44,834 bases of DNA from Gonapodya sp. JEL0774 (taxonomy: Eukaryota). A model generated the notes under the pieces. The model saw only the letters and a list, made by a program, of their open reading frames with translations, had not been told where the DNA came from and did no database searches. How positions within the stretch are numbered: position 1 is the first letter of the stretch; every line of letters starts with the position of its first letter. Below are positions 37,901 through 44,834 of this stretch, in pieces. The DNA lies in contig JADIIX010000161.1 in NCBI GenBank assembly GCA_027604505.1, forward strand, positions 1 through 44,834. Reading direction: 5' to 3'. The translations under genes were made by a program, and so were the position numbers.

Positions 37901-40900
37901 AGAAACAGTACTTTTGGAACAAACTTCATGACCAATTGTCTAAAAGTGCCACCACACGATGGAAGCCAACTATTCTTGAATGGACAGTATGTGGCCTATG
38001 GCTTTTATGACTGTTTCTTGTTGAAACCCACAACTTGAATTCCATATGCAGAGAGTGATGCAAAAGTTGACAAAGCTTCTTGGGTCGCATGTCTTCTCCA
38101 TTGATTTTGATGGCCAATCACCAGGGAAACGATTCCGAACTCCAAGTGCCCAACCTGGGAAACGACAATCCCAATTAAGTCAAAAAGGACCACCAAATGA
38201 GGGCGCACTGGCAGTAGACCAAACTTCTGTTAATGTTGAAGAATATCATCACATGGGCAACAGGCAAGATTCATCACCCTCTTCCAACAAAGCTTATTTA
38301 ATTGTAGCGTGTTTGCACAGACTGTCTCACATCTCTCCAGAAAAAATTGCTGATTTTGTGAACCTTCAAAATTGGAGGTGGTCACCAGAAACAGCTCTCT
38401 TTGCTTGGAAGAATATGCTGTGTATTTTGGGCAACGTCAATGATATTGATGTGAGGCTTTGAGATATATTGTTTGAAGTACATATATGACACCTTCTGTT
38501 TCTGAAAAGGATCCCATTAACCACGCAGAGGCCATTTTGTGCTTGGGTCAAGTATGGGACCTGTTGGCTCTGGTACTTGACTACTAAAAAATTTGTTTGC
38601 AGTGATTACTCACTCCTACGTCATGCATCTTAGATAAGACTACAGCAACCATATAGAGGTGTTGCTCTTCCCCCTTTATTTGAGTTCATCGGATGGATAT
38701 TGCAGGCATGTGATTTGCCAGGGTAAGCAGTGGCAAATATTGCCTGTTGGGATTCATAAATTTGATGGTTTGCATGTTTTACAACAATGAGGAAATATGC
38801 TGAAGGTAGAGCCATAGCATATGGCATTCTCTGTCAAATCATGTGCAGACGTCATGATCAGAAAGTGTCTGAACAGTTATACTATCACTTTTATCGACTT
38901 CTTATCAAGGTTTGTCATAATTGCTGAACCAATGTTGTTAATGCCATGAGCAATGAATATCTTTGTTCTCACACATAGGGTTTCACTGGGAATGATTCAG
39001 ATGTCATTTTTGCAATCATCAAGAATTCAACAAATTTGTTTGCGTTGGCCCTTCCAGGTTGCAATGTTCTCATTCCATTTGCTGTGCATTGTCTGACTCA
39101 ATTGGTATGTTCCACTGTCTTCCATTTGTTTGCAACTGTTGACAGGACATATGTATGAAGCTTCTTGGTGATCCAATCCCTGGTACACCTTATGTTTCAA
39201 ACCCATTGTCACTTCTGGCTGAGGACACTACTTTGCGTTTCAACCCATCCATGGTCCCAGAGGTTGTTCGACAAGGGGCCATTCTCATTTTGACATCCTT
39301 GATTGCGATAACCAATTTATACAGATCTTTATCAATCCCAGTGTTGTCCTACCATGCCTTGACATCACCATCTTATTTTACTACAAATGGTGTTCCAGTT
39401 CCATTGCCTCCCCCATCTGACACAGATGAGAAGCACAGTCCTCATCCCCTGATACCTTCAATGACATTTATAGATGCAAAAAAATTGATAAAGGACACAT
39501 TGCTTGCAGTAGTGGAGGTTAATTTGTCTGCAGTCAGTGGAGATGAGAAGATGGCAGATGAAAAAATTCTTGGGCACTCTTTTCTTTTGAATGCTCTTAC
39601 CCTCCTCTCGTTTGAAGAACTGGTGACTGTGGAAAGGAAAGTGTATTCTTAGAAGCAGCTCCATTTTTTTCTTGTTGCTTATTGTCTATCTTCGGAATTT
39701 TCAGTCCTGACCATTCTGTTGTCAATGATTGCATTAATAGTATCCTGAATCATCTGTTCACAAACAGCTTGAAGCTGGTAAACTCAGCTGTTGACTGCCT
39801 TAACACACTGTCTCAAAATTTTGGCAAGATTGAACATTTGGATCAGGTTTGTGATGTAATGATGTGCTCCCTTAACTTATTCTAAGGAAGGTTGCATGTT
39901 CAGGTTTCAGTTTTTGCTGTTATTGAAAAGCTGGTTGGGTCAATTATGGAGCAATTGGCTTCATTTTCCACTAATAAGCAGGAAACCAAAGGTGAGCTTA
40001 TGCAACTTGTGTGAGACAATATGGTGTCAAGCTTAAAGTCATCTCTCAGCCTGCATTATTGCTAGAATATTCTACTGTCTTCTAGAGTGGCTGATGTGCA
40101 TCCCTTCAGAGTGGTTGAATAATCGAAAGATGCTCTCTATGATATTTGATTGCATTGAAGTAGCTTTGAATGAACCTTCTGCAGTGAGCATTTGATAACA
40201 ACTGTTGCATTTTGTTGAATCTTACCACTCCATTAACAGACAAGAAAAATTTCTCAGCAGAATAAAGAAGAGAGGAAAACTGATGGGAAATCAGGGGGTG
40301 CTCTTAGGGATGATATGGAGCCGCCATTTAAAGCAGCACAGCCAGATGAAAGTGCAGATGGTGAAGTTGACTTGATCAAGGTATGAGTTGAGAATAAGTT
40401 CTACATTAATGGACAGGATCCTGTTTACTCCTTACCTTTGTGTGCAGGAAGCGGCTGAGAATGTGTTAACTCATCTTTTGCACCACATAGGTCATTTCCC
40501 ACCTCCTTATGGACCTGCCATGCTTAGCAGGTGATTCCGCTGGACCACACTAACATTTTCTTTGTAGCCGCTGATCTTTGTGTCATTACAGCTCAATTAC
40601 AGACTTGTTGGATGATCTAAACAAGGATTTATCTGATAAGACAATATATTTCACTTTTGATGATCACACCCTACTCAGTGTAACAGAGATTGATGGTGAC
40701 ACTCCCATAGGTTTGTTGATTGATTTCACAGCAATTCAAACTATTCAGGGTGTTGATACTTTGCTTTTCTAGATACTCGGACTCGAATTGTTCTTCGAGA
40801 TGTCACTGGGAAGTTCACTTGGGACTCTTGGATATTTTATGATTCTTTAGATAAGATTCAGGAGCTCCTGGATAATCAGCGGACCCGGCGAAGAATACGA

Positions 40901-42556
40901 ACAGCATTTGACCGTGACTTCACTATTTCAGATGGTGCAGAGAATTTAGGCACCATTGATGAGTTTATTCTGTCAGAAGAAACTTTTATTGAAAAGCAAC
41001 CTTTGAAGTTGTCTCCGTGAGTACTGTTAACTTCAATCTATCAATTGTGTTGGTTGAATTCTGACCCATCAGTCCACACCAGTGATGCGGTTACATACCA
41101 CCGGGAAGAGAAGGAGGTTCCAGTTTGGAAACCTGACTGTGGGATTGAGAGTGCAGATATGGTGCATGAATTGATCCAATAGTGAGACAACTTTCTGGTA
41201 GTTGCTTGCACAGTGAGAAACAAGATTCAACTGGTCTGTTACACTTCATGAAGTGTTGCCATAGTGAATCCAGATTGTGTGGAAGGATTAACCAACTCAG
41301 AAAGTAATGTTTTGGAGCAACAGGAGACATCCACATTCTTGCAAACCCAAGTTGATCTGGAGTTGTCTGTTTCTGCAGATTACTTGCCACCTAGGTACGA
41401 CTCAGTGCATTCATTGGCATAAAAGCACCTTTAAGCATGGGAACTCGTAGCTCTGCAGAATCCTCCGAGATGGATTGTAAGCACCCAATCACACGCAGTG
41501 CTTCTCAACCTTTTAGTATGAGCCAGGACAGCATTGTTGAATGTACCAAGACCTACCTTTCAATACAGCCAGCAAAACCCAGTTTTGTCTTGCCACCTCT
41601 TCATCGATCTCGTCTTTTCCTCAACCACCTTGGGTTTTTAAACTATGAGTCTCTTAAAAAGGATGATTACTTTCACATGCTCACCAAGAGCCCATCATTG
41701 TTACGAGACATACGGGGCTTAGATAAGAAAAATGGGTGAGATATTGGCACTCTGCTATCCTGAGTTTTGTAGTAACTCAGTGTGACCTTGCCACTTTGGA
41801 TAGCCGAGAGACCATGAAAATTGCAGTACTCTATGTTGGGCCTGATCAAGAGGATGAACAGTCAATTTTGCAGAATGATGCAGGATCTGCCCAGTATCAA
41901 GATTTTGTTTCTAGCCTGGGCTGGGAAATTGATTTAGCAACACACCCTGGTTACTTGGGTGGACTTGAACGAACAAGTGTGAATGGTTCCAAAGCCACAT
42001 ACTTTTGTACGAGCACACTGGAAATGATCTTTCATGAGGCCACAAAAATGCCCAATGACCCCACAGATCCAAAGCAACTGAAAAAGGTTTGTTCAACCTC
42101 CATTGAGTGCTTGTGTATTCCTGTTCTCATGTGTCCATTTCAACTTTTCAGAAACGACACATTGGCAATGATCAGGTGCATGTTGTTTGGAATGAGCATA
42201 GTCGAGACTACCGCAGGAACACAATTTCTGGAGACTTTGCAAATGCTCAAATAATAATTACACCACTACTCAATGGTCTTTACACTGTTGATGTGTTTCG
42301 TGAGCCAAAACTTCACCCATTTGGACCTCTGCAGCCATGCTTGGCAGTCTCAAAACCTGCACTGGGACCTCTGGTTCGGGCAAGTTGTATTGCTGCATAC
42401 CGTTATAGTGTTCATGGCAGTGTCAATCGGTTGGAGCTTTACAGACACTCATTTGCCTCAAGGGCAAGGGACATTTTCATGATCTGTTCTCGGCATCAAG
42501 CACATGATTGGACATATCAACATTTGGTTGATGCAGTATTTGGAATGGCTCCCTAG
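34977..42556 (+). CDS. Ral GTPase-activating protein alpha-like (tuberin/RapGAP-domain family), many introns
   Basis: N-terminus MFRR..., LLHHGNHPKIRLEGLRLLLYWL matches the RalGAP-alpha pattern. C-terminal RapGAP domain: RETMKIAVLYVG, FVSSLGWEIDL..HPGYLGGL, EMIFH, KK|RHIGNDQVHVVWNE (catalytic Asn), FGPL. Confidence 0.88.
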
Positions 42557-43453
42557 AAATTCAAGAGTAATTCATGTCATGTATATAGAGCAATCAAATT
42601 GTCTTCACAAGATCTTTGAAGTAATGATTGATTCCATATGCCTCACAAGAGCTGCTGTCAAGCTGGGAAGGACACTTGTCCCTATAATCACTCAAATTGG
42701 GTGTATTGTTCCTAACCCAATTTAGATGCTAACAAAATACAGCATTTTCTCACACTGTAAAGTCTATTTACTCTGTGAAACCCCAGGTTTTTCCTTAAAT
42801 ATTCAGGTGGGTTGAGTGTGAATCCAAAACACCCAATTATGCAGTTTTGTTGGTTCTGGCCACCCTTTTACGGCTTGTAACTACATTTAGAGCAGTGTGA
42901 AGCCAGTCACAAACACACTGCATCTGTGCTATTGAATCCATGCTGCGTAGATGAATTTGTCTTTGTGCAGCTAAAAGCTTCTCAAGAACTGCCATTTTTG
43001 GTGCTTGTGCCTCACATTCTTAGTGCAGTGAGCAGAAACTTGGGGTTCAAGGCAGGACTCTGGAAAACTTCTTTCTGAATGGTGGCACCCTCAACAGAGC
43101 TTAAATGACCATTTTCATTGGCACTAGCAATTGTAGCCCAGCACTGGAAAATGCGATACATAGCTCTAACTTTGCAACACAATCTGCTATTTTGAAAATG
43201 TGATTTTTTCCATAGAGGGAAGCCTATAAGTGCCAAAGCAACTTTACATAGCAACATGCATTGACTGTGGTCATGTAAGAGTAGTACTCTGACGCCCTGG
43301 TACCAGGCTGGGTTTCATGCGTGTTGGTAGAATATCAGACATTGTACTTGTATAAGTGATGTGTGTAAACAAGATTAGCCAGTGGCACATGTAATAGATA
43401 AGTTGCATACAGACAAAGGTCTTCCTGTGCAAAAGGTTATGAGCCTGTGTTAG

Positions 43454-44477
43454 TTGCATTTCAAACAGATCCAGTCAGGCCCTGTTGTGTTTCTAAAGGA
43501 ACTCAAAGACTTGAAAGGAAAGATCATTGCATGCGGACATGTTGATGAATTTATCTGCATTGCTCCAGACAGCAAAAGTACTGATGAATTTAAACGGGAA
43601 CTTGCACAGCACTACAAGAGCAAATCTGGCAATTTGGATGTCTTCCTTGGTGTGGAAGCAAAGCAGTCCCCACAAACAGGAACCATTACAATCCATCACA
43701 AGAGAAAGATATTTGAATTGCTCTCTAACTATAACATGCTCAATTGCAGACCAGTTAACACGCCAATGCAGCCAAACATTGAGCTTTTAGGTGCAGATTG
43801 CCCCCAAACTGCAGAAGAAAAGGACGGAATCGATGGGAAAGCCTACAGGAGTGGTGTTGGAAGTTTGATGCATATTAACACCATGACACGTCCTGATATT
43901 TCAACTGCAGTGAAAGTGTTGTCTGAAGCTCTTGACAACCCAAGCAAGAAGCATGTTGATGCATTCTACTGGTTACTGAGATACTGGAATGGAACACAAG
44001 GCCATGGCATTACTTACTTAGGAAAGAATGATCCCAGAAGAAAATCAATGAGCAATCGTGAAATCTTGCAGGGATATGCTGCAGAACCTTTAAAAGGATA
44101 CTTTGATGCAGATTGGGCATGGGATGTTTATGATCACAAATCTTGCTATGGTTGGTTGGATCAAACAGCTCTTGAAGGAGCTGGACAGCCCTGTGAATCA
44201 TGTACTAGACATTTGTTGTCATGCAACCACATCTCTTACTGTCCTAATGGGTGATAATCAAGGAGCACTCAATCTTGCACGAAATCCAATTCTTCATAAA
44301 CAGACAAAGCACATTGATGTGAAGTTTCACTTTATCAGGGAGCAGCTGCAGAAAAAGTTACGTAAGTTGTCCTACTGTCCTACAAAGAACAACACTGCAG
44401 ATGTCATGACTAAACCATTGTCAACACCTGATTTTGAAAGACAATGCGCAGGAATGGGATTAGGAGCAATTGGATAG
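43454..44477 (+). mobile_element. Degenerate Ty1/Copia retrotransposon pol fragment (RT C-terminal part plus RNase H)
   Basis: FLGVE, PVNTPM, YRSGVGSLM..TRPDISTAV, GYFDADWA, GDNQGALNLARNP..H..TKHIDVKFHFIRE, YCPT..N.ADVMTKPL. YVDD motif reads HVDE; frameshift/deletion near 44150. Confidence 0.93.
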
Positions 44478-44500
44478 TTGGAGTTCATTGGAAACAACAC

Positions 44501-44834
44501 AGAGGGAGTGTGAAGTCATGGGTTGGAATACCATTGGTGACAAAATAATTTGTATACGTTGGATTTGGAAAAGTGCTTGGATGAGTCATCACTGTGGCCG
44601 GTGTGGCACAGCAGGTCAAAGTATGTATAAACAGCCCAGTTTTCCATGTAGTGGATGTTTTCAAGAAGAAAAGACAAGTTTGGAGGTCCAACAGATCATG
44701 TACTCCATGATCCACTGTTAACCATTCCCATTTCATGTTGAGATGGATGTTGGGTTACTTATCTATATTTTCTCTGTGCACACAACTGAGTTTACAAATT
44801 ATGCCCTTCACCACACCCAGATTGACATACAGGC
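44501..44834 (+). repeat. Putative polypurine tract and start of the 3' LTR of the Copia remnant
   Basis: AGAGGGAG (44501-44508) directly followed by TG, about 25 nt after the pol stop. No second LTR copy in the window to confirm it. Confidence 0.4.

Noticed and set aside
42700..43450. Possible further TE fragment (for example tyrosine-recombinase-like) upstream of the Copia piece
   Set aside because: Only a vague few-residue resemblance in stop-ridden frames; cannot be supported without a search.
1..44834. CRISPR arrays, rRNA, tRNA, prokaryotic operons or defence systems
   Set aside because: None seen; the sequence is spliceosomal-intron-containing eukaryotic DNA.

Overview
Eukaryotic, intron-rich, gene-dense DNA that looks fungal. 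The short GT-AG/GC-AG introns, a RalGAP-alpha-like gene, a short-form RNase Z and plant-type LRRs suggest an early-diverging zoosporic fungus (inference). About 13 protein genes are supported, in order: conserved hypothetical, FAT1-like acyl-CoA synthetase, PX-BAR sorting nexin, RNase Z (ELAC1-like), GTP cyclohydrolase I, an F-box/Cys-rich gene with an in-frame stop, an unknown CpG-poor gene, SSF1, ILV3, a large protein with a split, degenerate NRPS condensation domain, an LRR-TM-SH3 receptor-like protein, an intronless Rnl5/DRB0094-type RNA ligase, a U1-type zinc-finger protein and RalGAP-alpha. A decayed Ty1/Copia remnant ends the window. Most notable: (1) a stand-alone condensation domain interrupted between its lobes by a coiled-coil/SAM-like insert; (2) a receptor with two plant-type LRR modules and a cytoplasmic SH3 domain; (3) the intronless RNA ligase with a possible non-AUG mitochondrial presequence; (4) mosaic CpG depletion that suggests patchy 5mC. 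Exon structures were read by eye, so gene spans include introns and some ends are approximate.
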